Origin: an uncultured Thermoleophilia bacterium
GTDB taxonomy: Bacteria; Actinomycetota; Thermoleophilia; UBA2241
Assembly (NCBI GenBank): GCA_963702475.1
Contig: CAVPCT010000009.1
Coordinates: forward strand, 288,001 to 352,000
Direction of reading: 5' to 3'
Length of the DNA: 64,000 nt
Shown here: in pieces, positions 20,443 through 29,786 of the stretch
Layout: each line of letters opens with the position of its first letter
How positions within the stretch are numbered: the first letter of the stretch is position 1
Program-made: the position numbers and the translations under genes
The notes under the pieces: model-generated
Told to the model about the DNA's origin: nothing
The model's database searches: none
Seen by the model: only the letters and a program-made list of their open reading frames with translations

Positions 20443-20730
20443 GTGTCGCACACGCGAGGCCGGCTGTGCCCAAACGGCATACGCCTTGTACTGAAGCTAT
20501 ACTTCGTGGCCTCACGAGGTGACCAGCTATCGACTCCGAACGCTCGACGCGGTACCCCCGCGAACGGCAAAGGGAGGCCCGTCCTGTGTCGACGGACCAT
20601 GCGATGCGATCCACCGAGCGTGCCGCGTCACCAGGGGGCTCGTTGCCTTGGATGACCGACGACGCCCCACGCCCACCGCCCGTGCGCGGTCTGTCTCCGC
20701 GCTCTCTCACCACAATGGAGGTGTGACGCA

Positions 20731-22131
20731 GTGAGCAAGATCTGGACCCGAATGGGTGACGGCAACGCCGTCGAACTGACCCCAGACGAACTCCGCCAGG
20801 ACATCATCGCGGCGACTGAAGACGCCGCGGACAAGGGGCACATCCCGCCCCTTGAAGAGAACGAGATCGACCACCTGTATGACCTCTTCGCGGCGCCGTA
20901 CCGCATCATCGGCGTCGAGCCCGGCCATGAAGTGCCGCTGACCAAGGACGAGACGGCGTGCACCCTCGTCTCCTCGCAGCTGTCGAGTGGTTCACACCTG
21001 GCGATAAGCCGCGAAGACGCAGTCGAAGTCTTCGAGCGCGTGTTCGCGTTCGACACCATGGAGCTGGGCTGGATCGACTACTCCTTCAAGCCGGCGAAGC
21101 CCATGGTCTCTCTGGACCAGGTCTCCATCGAGCGCATCATGGCCACCACCGTGTTCCCGGTGCTCTACGGCGCCATGCCGAACATGGGCCTCTACTACAC
21201 GCCGGACGGGCCGTTCACCAACCCGGCCGACCTCCTCGGCATGATGAAGGTCGAAGAGGCGCGTGAGGAGGAGATGAAGGCCGCCGAGCTCTGCATGGAA
21301 GACATGATCTTCGTGTGCGAGCGCATGAACGAGATCGGCGCCGACGGCATCGACTTCGACACCACGGCCTCCGCGGGTGACGCCGACTTCTGGTCGGTCC
21401 TCAAGACGGTCGAGCATCTCAAGGCCCACACCGACCTCGGCGTCGAGATGGGCATGTCCGGCGAGTTCATCCTCGGCATGCACGGCGAGGTCGAGTACAA
21501 CGGCAAGAGGCTCGCCGGCATGTTCCCGCACCAGCAGCTGAAGTGCGCGGAAGAGGCGGGCGTCGACATCTTCGGCCCCGTGGTCAACACCAAGACCAAC
21601 AAGTCCTGTGCCTGGAACGTCGCCCGCGCCGTCACGTTCGTCAAGGAAGTCTGCAAGCAGGCCACCATCCCGATCCACGCGAACGTGGGTATGGGCGTAG
21701 GCGGCACGCCGATGTTCGAGACACCGCCGATCGACGCTCTCAGCCGCGCGAGCGTAGCCATGGTCGAGATCGCCAAGGTCGACGGGTTGTAGGTCGGCGT
21801 CGGCGATCCCTACGGCATGTCCATCATGCACTCGATCGCATCTGGAATGGGTGGCATCCGCACCGCTGGAGACCTGGTGGCAAGGATGGAGCTCAATCAC
21901 CGGATGAGGCTTCCCGAGGCGAAGAAGTACGTGGCCGACAAGCTCGGCGTCAGCGTGTTCGACCTGTCGGACTCCACCGTCATGCGCAACCTGCGCGAAG
22001 AGCTCAACATCGGCGTGATCGAGGCGATCCCGGGCCTGGCGAAGGGCTACACCGCCAAGGCGCGCATCGCCGATCTCCTCGACATCAAGATCAACGGCGT
22101 CGAGCGCCAGATGGCGAAGATGCCGGCTTGA
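20731..22131 (+). CDS. mtbB: Dimethylamine:corrinoid methyltransferase, in-frame TAG 21790-21792 = pyrrolysine (codon 354)
   Basis: TRMGDG start, [21 protein letters not shown] matches MtbB DG(I)O(I)[20 protein letters not shown]; both ORF halves are in frame. Confidence 0.95.
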
Positions 22132-22191
22132 TGCGGGAGTCAGCGACTCTCTCGCAGGTTCAGCGAACTCTGACCCACGGAGGTCACGGGA

Positions 22192-22839
22192 ATGGCGAAT
22201 GAAGACTTCTATGCGGATGCGAAAGCCGCAATCCGCGCGTGTGACGCCGACAAGTCCGCTCAGGTGGCAACAGACGCCCTCGCGGCCGGCGTAGCGCCCG
22301 ACGACATGCTGAAGCTGGGATTCATCCCGGGCATCAGCGCGATGGGCGATCTCTTCGAGCGCGGCGAGGTGTTCCTCCCCGAGCTCGTCCTCGCGGCGAA
22401 CGCCATGACGGCGGCTGCTGCGGTGTGTAACGCGGCCCTGCCCGAGGGCGAGGCGGAGGCGAAGGCCATCGTCGTCATCGGCACCGTCCAGGGCGACGTG
22501 CATGATATCGGCAAGACCATCGTCGTCGCGTTCCTCAGGGCCAACGGCTACAACGTGTTCGACCTTGGTCGCGATATCTCGGGCGACAAGTTCATCGCCG
22601 CCGCGGAGGAGAAGGGCGCCGCCGTCATCGGTATGAGTGCCCTGCTCACCACCACCATGCGCGAGCAGACGCGTGTCATCGAGGCTCTCAAGGCCGCGGG
22701 TCTGCGCGACAAGTACAAGGTCATCGTCGGCGGCGGCGCCTGCACCCAGCAGTGGGCCGACAAGATCGGCGCGGACGCGTACGCCGAAGACGCCAACGAC
22801 GGCATCCGCAAGATCAACGAGCTCACGGGAAACGCGTGA
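22192..22839 (+). CDS. mtbC: Dimethylamine corrinoid protein
   Basis: GTVQGDVHDIGK, SALLTTTM, WADKIGADAYAEDA; follows mtbB. Confidence 0.92.
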   Translation: MANEDFYADAKAAIRACDADKSAQVATDALAAGVAPDDMLKLGFIPGISAMGDLFERGEVFLPELVLAANAMTAAAAVCNAALPEGEAEAKAIVVIGTVQGDVHDIGKTIVVAFLRANGYNVFDLGRDISGDKFIAAAEEKGAAVIGMSALLTTTMREQTRVIEALKAAGLRDKYKVIVGGGACTQQWADKIGADAYAEDANDGIRKINELTGNA

Positions 22840-22862
22840 CCGCACGTTGTTAGGGCGGGATC

Positions 22863-22899
22863 CCGGCGGCGCGGTGGAGCTACTCCGCCGCGCCGCCGG
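22863..22899. terminator. 17-bp hairpin between convergent genes
   Basis: CCGGCGGCGCGGTGGAG-CTA-CTCCGCCGCGCCGCCGG. Confidence 0.6.
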
Positions 22900-22904
22900 C
22901 GCCC

Positions 22905-23786
22905 TCAGCGTTCACGCACCCATTTCGCGTAGATGTTGGCAGCACGCCGGTCCATCTCCTCGGTCTCGGTCACACCGCTGCGCTCAAGCGCCTCGGCCGC
23001 ACCCTTCACTCGTGCCCGGCGCAGACAGATCAGCGTGACGACAAGCAGGCTGCGCGTGCCCTTGTCGGCCGAGGGCAGCGCCTCCTCGATCGGGGGGATC
23101 ACCCCTCCGCCGAGCTCTTCCAGGCCGAGTGCGAGCAGAGGGCCCACGACGGCCTCGCCGTACTCGGACGCCACGGAGATGACGTGCCGCACGCCGGCGT
23201 AGCGCATCGCCGAGATCTTCGCGCGAGCCTCCGTGCGGCCCGAGTGGACCGTGGAGTACATGCGCATGATCGTGCTCCCTCGGTCCAGCTGCATCCGTGT
23301 CAGACTGGCGCTGATGCGCGAGAGCTGCCGGTCGATCTCCTCGTTGCGGGTCCGCGTCAGTTGCTCGACCTGCTCGCTCATCGCCGCGGCCGGTCCGGCG
23401 AGGTCGGGGCGCGATGCATCCGACGCGACAACGCGCAGCAGCTCGTGGGCGGCGGGCAGGTCACGGTAGCGGGCGTAGAGGTACACGGTGTACAGAGCGC
23501 CGCGGCGGCGCACGTCGTCGTCGGCGTCCAGCTGCCCGGCGACGTCGGTGAACGTCGCTTCGCCGAGCTCGACGAGCACGGCGCCGGCCTTGCGCTGCAG
23601 GCTCTCGTCCCCGAGGCAGGTCAGCAGCGACTCCCGGCCGTTCTGACCGAGGTCGGCGAGAGCCGCGAGGATGGGCCGGCGCACGTCGCGCCTGGTGGCC
23701 GCCGCGTACAGCTGCGTGAGGCCGGCCACATCACCGGCGTCGTGAAGGCTGGTGATGTCGCTCTGGCTCGGCATCTGGTTGCTCAT
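22905..23786 (-). CDS. Hypothetical alpha-helical (HEAT-like) protein
   Basis: C-terminal part of the 958-aa ORF with SD GGGGAG before MSNQMPSQ; HEAT-like segments (VRRPILAALADLG, AGAVLVELGE). Confidence 0.6.
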   Translation of the reverse strand: MSNQMPSQSDITSLHDAGDVAGLTQLYAAATRRDVRRPILAALADLGQNGRESLLTCLGDESLQRKAGAVLVELGEATFTDVAGQLDADDDVRRRGALYTVYLYARYRDLPAAHELLRVVASDASRPDLAGPAAAMSEQVEQLTRTRNEEIDRQLSRISASLTRMQLDRGSTIMRMYSTVHSGRTEARAKISAMRYAGVRHVISVASEYGEAVVGPLLALGLEELGGGVIPPIEEALPSADKGTRSLLVVTLICLRRARVKGAAEALERSGVTETEEMDRRAANIYAKWVRER

Positions 23787-23916
23787 CGGCTCTCCCCGGG
23801 ACGTTCGCTGACATGCCGGCCACACGCCGGCGACGGACAGCGTACCCGCGCCGGTCGCGCAAGGCCAGCGAGGCACCCGGCTGCGGGCGAGCCACGGCCG
23901 GGCCCATGCAAGGGTA

Positions 23917-23948
23917 TTGACTCCTCGGGTAGACGCAAGGTACCTTGC
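23917..23948 (+). promoter_or_regulatory. Putative promoter with palindromic operator over the -10 box
   Basis: TTGACT-18bp-TACCTT; perfect palindrome GCAAGGTACCTTGC 23935-23948. Confidence 0.55.
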
Positions 23949-24197
23949 CTCATCCTTCGGCCCGCCGCGCCCCATCGGGGGAGCGCCGGCGCGACCGACA
24001 GAGGTGTATCCCTGGTCCTGCGTGCACGGCATCCGGGGGGATCGCCGTCGCACTGGGGAGGTGGTGCCGCAACCTGAGCCGCCGGACGACCACCGGTCTC
24101 GCGCCCGGTGCCGGCCCGTTTCATGCCGGCACGTCACCGGGCCAAAGCCATGGTCCCGGGATCTCTCACACAACGTCAACGAGCAGAGGGGGGAGCA

Positions 24198-25817
24198 ATG
24201 ATAGTGGCAGCCGCGATCAGTCCAGTCTGGTACTGGGTCATCGTGCTCGGCTACATGCTCGTGCTGATCGGGATCGGCGCCTGGACGTACCGCTACCAGA
24301 AGCAGCAGAAGTCCGCGACCGACGAGCACGACGACTACTGGATCGCCAAGCGCCGCAACAACGCCCTCGTGGTGGGCTGCGCCATCGCTGCAGGCTGGTT
24401 CCTGATGGGCTTCATCACCTGGGCCATGTACAACACCTACATGTACGGCATCGGCGGCATCTGGGCCATGGTCGTACCGTGGACGGTGCTGCTGTTCTGC
24501 ATGGTGATCCTCGTGCCGTGGGTACGGCGCATGAAGGCCATCTCGCAGCCGCAGATGCTCCAGCAGCGCTTCGGACTGGCTCTGCGCGTGCTCGTGAGCC
24601 CGTTCAACATGTTCTGCTTCATCATCTGGGCCGCGGCGGAGATCTGGACGGTCTCGCTGTACATGGCGTCGGCATTCGGCGTCCAACCCTGGGTCCTCTA
24701 CATCGTCTTCGCCGTGCCCTGCGCCCTCTACATGGCCCTGGGCGGCTTCCACGCCGTCATCAGCGCCAACCTGCTGCAGTTCGCCATGGGCGTCACCTTC
24801 GTCACCATCATCTTCTTCGTGATGGTCTTTGAGGCGTGGGACGCCCTGCCCAGTGGCCAGAGCATGATCGACTACCTCGGGAGCGTCGTACCGGCGGGCA
24901 ACTCGGAAGGCGACAGTGCGCTCACGCTCTTCAGCCTGGGCATACCGTTCGCCATCTTCTCGCTCATCGCACTCCTGCCGGGGTGGGTGATCGAGGAGGA
25001 CTGGTGGCTCAAGGCGCAGTCGGCCAAGAGCACGCGTGCCGCACGGCAGGGCATCTGGGCCAACCTGAGCTACAACCTCATCTGGATCCTCGGCCTGCCG
25101 AGCCTCATCGGCCTCTTCGCCCTCGTGCTTTATCCGCCGGAAGTGCTCGACACCAAGCTGGCCGGGAACGCCTACGAGCTCATGCCGGTGTTCCTGGGTG
25201 ACTACTTCCCGCCTTGGCTGCAGATGATCGTGTTCTGCCTCATGGCTGCACACGCCGTAGCCACGGTGGCTACGTTCACCAACGTGTCGGCCCTCAACAT
25301 CAGCTACGACGTCCTGCAGCCGCTCGTATACCGCAAGCGCGGGTGGGGTGACGCCAGGATCGTGCTGGCCAGCCGCATCGCGTCGCTGTTGGTCGTCATC
25401 GCCACCCTGGGCGTGACGTTCCTCATCGACATGCTGCCGCAGGGCCTGTGGGACGCGTACTACCTGTCCAGCGGTGTGCTCTCTGCTGCCGTCGGCGTCT
25501 CCGTACTCTCCATCTTCTGGAAGCGCGCCAACTTCGCCGGTGCTTTCGCTGCGTCGCTCGTCGGTGGCGTCACCACACTCGTGCTGTTCATCGTGGAGAA
25601 GTACGTCTGGGAGTACGACTGGCCGATCCCGATCCCGGATTCCATGGTCGCTACCGGCTACGCCTACGCGGTGGTCGGCGTGATCCTCGCCATCATCACC
25701 CTGGTCGTGGTCACGCTGCTGACGCCCAAGCCGCCGCAGATCAACCTCGACTCCATCTCGGCGCAACCCGTTGACGATCACGCCGAGTTCTTCGCCGGCG
25801 TGCGTGAGACGTACTGA
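24198..25817 (+). CDS. Sodium:solute symporter family protein
   Basis: DDYWIAKR, LQQRFG, YMALGGFHAVISANLLQF, FWKRANFAGAFA; many TM helices. Confidence 0.88.
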   Translation: MIVAAAISPVWYWVIVLGYMLVLIGIGAWTYRYQKQQKSATDEHDDYWIAKRRNNALVVGCAIAAGWFLMGFITWAMYNTYMYGIGGIWAMVVPWTVLLFCMVILVPWVRRMKAISQPQMLQQRFGLALRVLVSPFNMFCFIIWAAAEIWTVSLYMASAFGVQPWVLYIVFAVPCALYMALGGFHAVISANLLQFAMGVTFVTIIFFVMVFEAWDALPSGQSMIDYLGSVVPAGNSEGDSALTLFSLGIPFAIFSLIALLPGWVIEEDWWLKAQSAKSTRAARQGIWANLSYNLIWILGLPSLIGLFALVLYPPEVLDTKLAGNAYELMPVFLGDYFPPWLQMIVFCLMAAHAVATVATFTNVSALNISYDVLQPLVYRKRGWGDARIVLASRIASLLVVIATLGVTFLIDMLPQGLWDAYYLSSGVLSAAVGVSVLSIFWKRANFAGAFAASLVGGVTTLVLFIVEKYVWEYDWPIPIPDSMVATGYAYAVVGVILAIITLVVVTLLTPKPPQINLDSISAQPVDDHAEFFAGVRETY

Positions 25818-25861
25818 GCCGGGTCGGCGAAGGCCACTTCAGGCAAGAGAGGACGGTCAGC

Positions 25862-26317
25862 ATGGCATACACAATCGTGGTGGGGTACGACGGGTCCGAG
25901 CCGGCCAAGAAGGCGCTGGCCGCGGCCATCGAGTTCGCCAAGACCACACCCGACGCCGAGATCGTGGTCGTCTGCGGCCAGGACCGCAGGCCGGGGTACT
26001 TCTACTATGACGACCAGCCACTGTGGAAAGAGGCCATCAAGCTCGACCAGATGTGGGAGCACATGGAGGCCAAGATCGAGGAGGACCTCCAGGAAGCGGT
26101 GAAGGTCGTCCAGGACGCAGACGTGAAGGCGACCGCTGCCTGCGGTCGCGGACGGCCGTCTTCGATCGTGCTGAACGTGGCGCGAGAGACCGGCGCCCGC
26201 CTCATCGTCGTGGGCACACACGGCTCCGGCAAGGACGAGGAGACCACGGTGATGGGCTCCACGACGACGGAGCTGCTTCACCAGACGCACGTGCCAGTGC
26301 TGGTCGTGCCTCACTGA
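25862..26317 (+). CDS. Universal stress protein
   Basis: IVVGYDGSE, IVVGTHGSG...GSTTTELLHQTHVPVLVVP. Confidence 0.92.
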   Translation: MAYTIVVGYDGSEPAKKALAAAIEFAKTTPDAEIVVVCGQDRRPGYFYYDDQPLWKEAIKLDQMWEHMEAKIEEDLQEAVKVVQDADVKATAACGRGRPSSIVLNVARETGARLIVVGTHGSGKDEETTVMGSTTTELLHQTHVPVLVVPH

Positions 26318-26348
26318 CCACCGTGCGCGCCTGACGCGCACGGAGTGC

Positions 26349-26385
26349 CCGGCCGCCGGCGAGTCTCTGGCTCGCCGGCGGCCGG
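26349..26385 (+). terminator. 15-bp hairpin after USP
   Basis: CCGGCCGCCGGCGAG...CTCGCCGGCGGCCGG. Confidence 0.55.
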
Positions 26386-26512
26386 TAGTACGGCCCGGCC
26401 CGGGCCGTGGAACATACGGGGAGAGTCGCGACCGGCGGCCGTCCGGGGGCTCGTTCGTCTGAGCCCGGAGGTCCACCGGTCGTGTCCCCTCTTAACATCC
26501 TTGGGGGAGTCG

Positions 26513-27367
26513 GTGACCTTCGACGAATTCGCACTCATGCTCACAGCTGGGCCCAGGGCCAAGCTGCGGGCGGAAGTCTCCCTGGAGGACCGCGAGCGCA
26601 TCCTGCGCTCCCTCATGGGCCGCCTTCCCGTCATGGTCTACCGCTGCGCCGACGACGCCCAGTGGACCATGGAGTTCGTGAGCGCCGGAGCAGAGGAGAT
26701 CACCGGCTACAAGCCGGAGGAGCTCGTTGGCAACGCCCGGCTGGCGTACACCGACCTGGTGGTGCCGTGGCACTACGAGGGCGTCTGCCGCGACATCCAG
26801 CACGCCATCGAGAAGCACAACGCGTGGACGACGTCCTACCCCATCATCACCGCGTCAGGCGACCGCAAGTGGGTGTGGGAGCGCGGTGTGGCCGTGCTCG
26901 ACGACGCCGGGGAGGTGATAGCGCTTGCAGGGATCATCATCGACATGACCGTGGAGCGCGAGGCCGAGGAGTCACTCGAGCTCGCGCTCGCCGAGTGGCG
27001 CCAGGTGTTCGACGCCATGGACGACGCCGTGATGGTCCTGGACGGCGACGGCGAGGTGCTGCGAGCCAACGCGGCGGCAGCGGCTCTCAGCGGACTCGAT
27101 CAGGCCGAGATGGCCGGGCTCAAGTGCTCGGACGCGCTGCAGGAGCTCTGCGGCCAGGCCCAGGGCATGTGTCCTCGCGACAGGGTGCTGCTGTCGGGGC
27201 GGACGGAGATGACCTACGTGGAGCACGAAGGCAGGCTGCTTCGCCTGACGTTCAAGCCGACCCCGGTCATGGACGGACGCGTCAACGGCGGCTTGTACGT
27301 CGTGAGCGACGTCACGGACGCCGTCCGGGCACGGCCGCAGGACGCACCGGGTACGTCCTACGTGTGA
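26513..27367 (+). CDS. Stand-alone PAS/PAC-PAS domain protein
   Basis: WTMEFVS..EEITGYKPEEL, RKWVWERG...GIIIDMT, second PAS (VFDAMDDAV...RAN); no output domain; GTG start after GGGGAG. Confidence 0.78.
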   Translation: MTFDEFALMLTAGPRAKLRAEVSLEDRERILRSLMGRLPVMVYRCADDAQWTMEFVSAGAEEITGYKPEELVGNARLAYTDLVVPWHYEGVCRDIQHAIEKHNAWTTSYPIITASGDRKWVWERGVAVLDDAGEVIALAGIIIDMTVEREAEESLELALAEWRQVFDAMDDAVMVLDGDGEVLRANAAAAALSGLDQAEMAGLKCSDALQELCGQAQGMCPRDRVLLSGRTEMTYVEHEGRLLRLTFKPTPVMDGRVNGGLYVVSDVTDAVRARPQDAPGTSYV

Positions 27368-27406
27368 GACGCGGCGGGCGCCGCCCGCCGCGCGTCTGCA
27401 CCGGCG

Positions 27407-27748
27407 TCAGGATGCTGAGCGTCTGAGGAGGTCGGCCGCACTCGCGAAGAGCCATTCGGTGCGGGTGCGACACGTGACTATCGTGGCCAGGTCGAGCTCG
27501 CCCGGCAGCTCTTCGTCGACGAACGCGGCCGCAAGGTCCTTGACGCGGATCGGCTCCTGGCCGCCCCTCTCCATCTCGGCCAGTTCCATCATCACGGCCA
27601 CGCCCTTGCCGTCCCACTCATTGGGGACCACTGCGCACGAGAAGACGAAGGGGTGACCGTCGAGCTCGTATTCCTGGATCTCCCGCCGGCGCGCCAAAGA
27701 GACGGGATCGGTTGCCGGGTCCCCGCTGCGAACCAGCCACTCGCTCAT
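27407..27748 (-). CDS. Hypothetical protein (113 aa)
   Basis: SD GGGAGGA before MSEWLVRS, typical codon bias. Confidence 0.6.
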   Translation of the reverse strand: MSEWLVRSGDPATDPVSLARRREIQEYELDGHPFVFSCAVVPNEWDGKGVAVMMELAEMERGGQEPIRVKDLAAAFVDEELPGELDLATIVTCRTRTEWLFASAADLLRRSAS

Positions 27749-27963
27749 CGTGTCCTCCCGCTCGTTCGCTCGGCGCATCGCCCGCCTCGAGTGCCAGTGT
27801 GGAAGTGCGAGAGCGGAATCTTGTGCCGTTCTGGCGAATTCAGTGCCCTGTGGGGCCTTATGCGGTAGAGTACTGCGCAACAGGGTGCGGGAAGCGGCAA
27901 AACAGATGTTCACTGTGTCCATCTATAAGCTACGCACTAGGCCATAACAAACAACATTGAGCC

Positions 27964-27993
27964 TTGATGCAGGGGTCGCGTATCTCCTATAGT
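27964..27993 (+). promoter_or_regulatory. Putative promoter of mttBC
   Basis: TTGATG-18bp-TATAGT downstream of an AT-rich tract (about 27899-27960). Confidence 0.5.
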
Positions 27994-28261
27994 CGCGCTC
28001 ACCACCGTCCATAACGGCGACACATCGAGAAGGCTCTGTGTACTGTCTGGGTGCACGGCCTTTCTCATCGCACGTTGTCACACTCCGGGCTTCGGCCCAC
28101 GCGTCGACCATGACGGGCCACGTTCCCACCGTCGACTGGATCGTGGCGCGAACCGCGCTCAAGGGAGGAGGCGGGATGACGAGATGAGGGCGAGCCCACG
28201 AGGCCCTGCGGCCGGGTTCGCCCAGAACCGCTATCTGCAAAGTGCGTAAGAAGGAGGCGGA

Positions 28262-29737
28262 ATGATTCGAAGTCAAAGGTCAGGCATCAACCACCAGGGC
28301 GGCATCGGCATCGATGTCTTCAGCGAGGATGAGAGGCAGGCCATCCACTGGGGCACCGTCGAGGTGCTCGAGACGGCCGGCATCTGGGTGGAGGACGACG
28401 AGGCCCTCGACCTGTTCGCCGACGGCGGCTGCAAGGTCGACCGCTCGACGCGCAAGGTGCGGATCCCGCAGCACGTGCTCGAGGAGTGCATCAGTTGGGC
28501 GCCCTCCACGGTCACCCTCTGCGGCCGCGACCCCGCCAAGGACCTCGTCATGGAGGGCCGGCGGGTCGCGTTCACCAACTTCGCCGAGGGAGTGAAGGCC
28601 GTCGACCTGTACGACGGCAAGCTTCGCCCGACCACCAAGAAGGACGTCGGCGACCTCGCCCGTCTCGTCGACGCGCTCTCCGACATCGAGGTCTACACGA
28701 TCGCGGTGACGGCCACCGACGTGCCCCCGGAGGTCGCCGAGGCGCACCTCATCGAGCAGTCGTTGCTGAACACGACGAAGCCCATCTGCAGCCTGGCCCT
28801 CGCCCATCACGGCGCCCGCCTCCACATCGACGCCGCGGCCGCCGTGGTCGGCGGCCACGACAAGCTGGCCGACCGGCCGATGCTGCTCTTCCTCAGCTGC
28901 CCGGTCAGCCCGCTCAAGCTCATGGGCGAGTTCAGCGGGTGCATCATCGAGGCGGCCCGCGCCCATCAGGTCGCGATGCCGCTATCGATGGCCATGTCAG
29001 GCGGCTCCGCCCCGGTCACCCTGGCCGGCACCATGGTCACGCACAACGCCGAGGTGCTCGCCGGCATCGTCCTGGCGCAGCTCGCCGAGAAGGGCGCCAA
29101 GTGCGTCTACGGCACCTCCACCACCGCCTTCGACCTGCAGCGCGCGGCCGCGACCGTGGGCACCCCGGAGCTCGGCCTCATCAGCGCGGCCGTGGCCGAG
29201 ATGGGCCGCTACTATGGCCTGCCGACCTACGGCGCCGGGTTGTAGAGCGATTCCAAGCTCGGCGGCGACGCCCAGGTCGCGCACGAGAAGACCGTCACCG
29301 GCCTCCTGCCAGCGTTGGGAGGGCTCAACCTGATCTATGGAGCCGGGATGATCGAGTCGGGCGTCACCATCGACTACGGCACGCTCGTCATGGACAACGA
29401 CATCGCCCGTATCTGCAAGTACGTCCTGCGTGGCATCCCCACGAACGACGCGACGCTGATGGTTGATGAGATCATCGAGGTGGGGTCCGAGGAGGACTTC
29501 CTCTCGAGGATGAGCACCCTGAAGCTGATGCGTGAACACCAGTCCAAGGCCGGCAACATCGACCGCCGCGTGCGCGAGGAGTGGGAGATGGACGGCGGCA
29601 AGGACATGTACAGCCGCTGCAACGAGATGGCCAAGGAGCTCGTCGAGAGCCACACGGTTCCCGAGCTGCCGAGCGACGTCAAGGACCAGATCAGGGCCAT
29701 CGTCGTCAAGGCCGAGAAGGACGCTGGAGTCGCCTGA
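28262..29737 (+). CDS. mttB: Trimethylamine:corrinoid methyltransferase, in-frame TAG 29243-29245 = pyrrolysine (codon 328)
   Basis: CPVSPL, LSMAMSGGSAPVTLAGT..THNAEVL, GLPTYGAGL*SDSK..DAQ.AHEKT matches MttB OSD(A/S)K; both halves in frame; SD AAGGAGG. Confidence 0.95.
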
Positions 29738-29786
29738 GAGCTCAGCGCTCCGCAACGAACGCACGACGTGGAGGACATAGGATCCT

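Noticed and set aside
22905-25781. 958-aa minus-strand ORF and other long antisense ORFs (for example 20992-22845, 50638-52608, 60386-62224)
   Set aside because: Shadow ORFs of high-GC genes; only 22905-23786 looks like a real gene
27790-28260. Cobalamin riboswitch upstream of corrinoid genes
   Set aside because: No B12-box or conserved core recognisable by eye; Infernal would be decisive
13363-29737. mtmB, mtbB and mttB as nonsense-mutated pseudogenes or six separate genes
   Set aside because: All three breaks are TAG at the known Pyl motif, with intact frame and conserved residues on both sides
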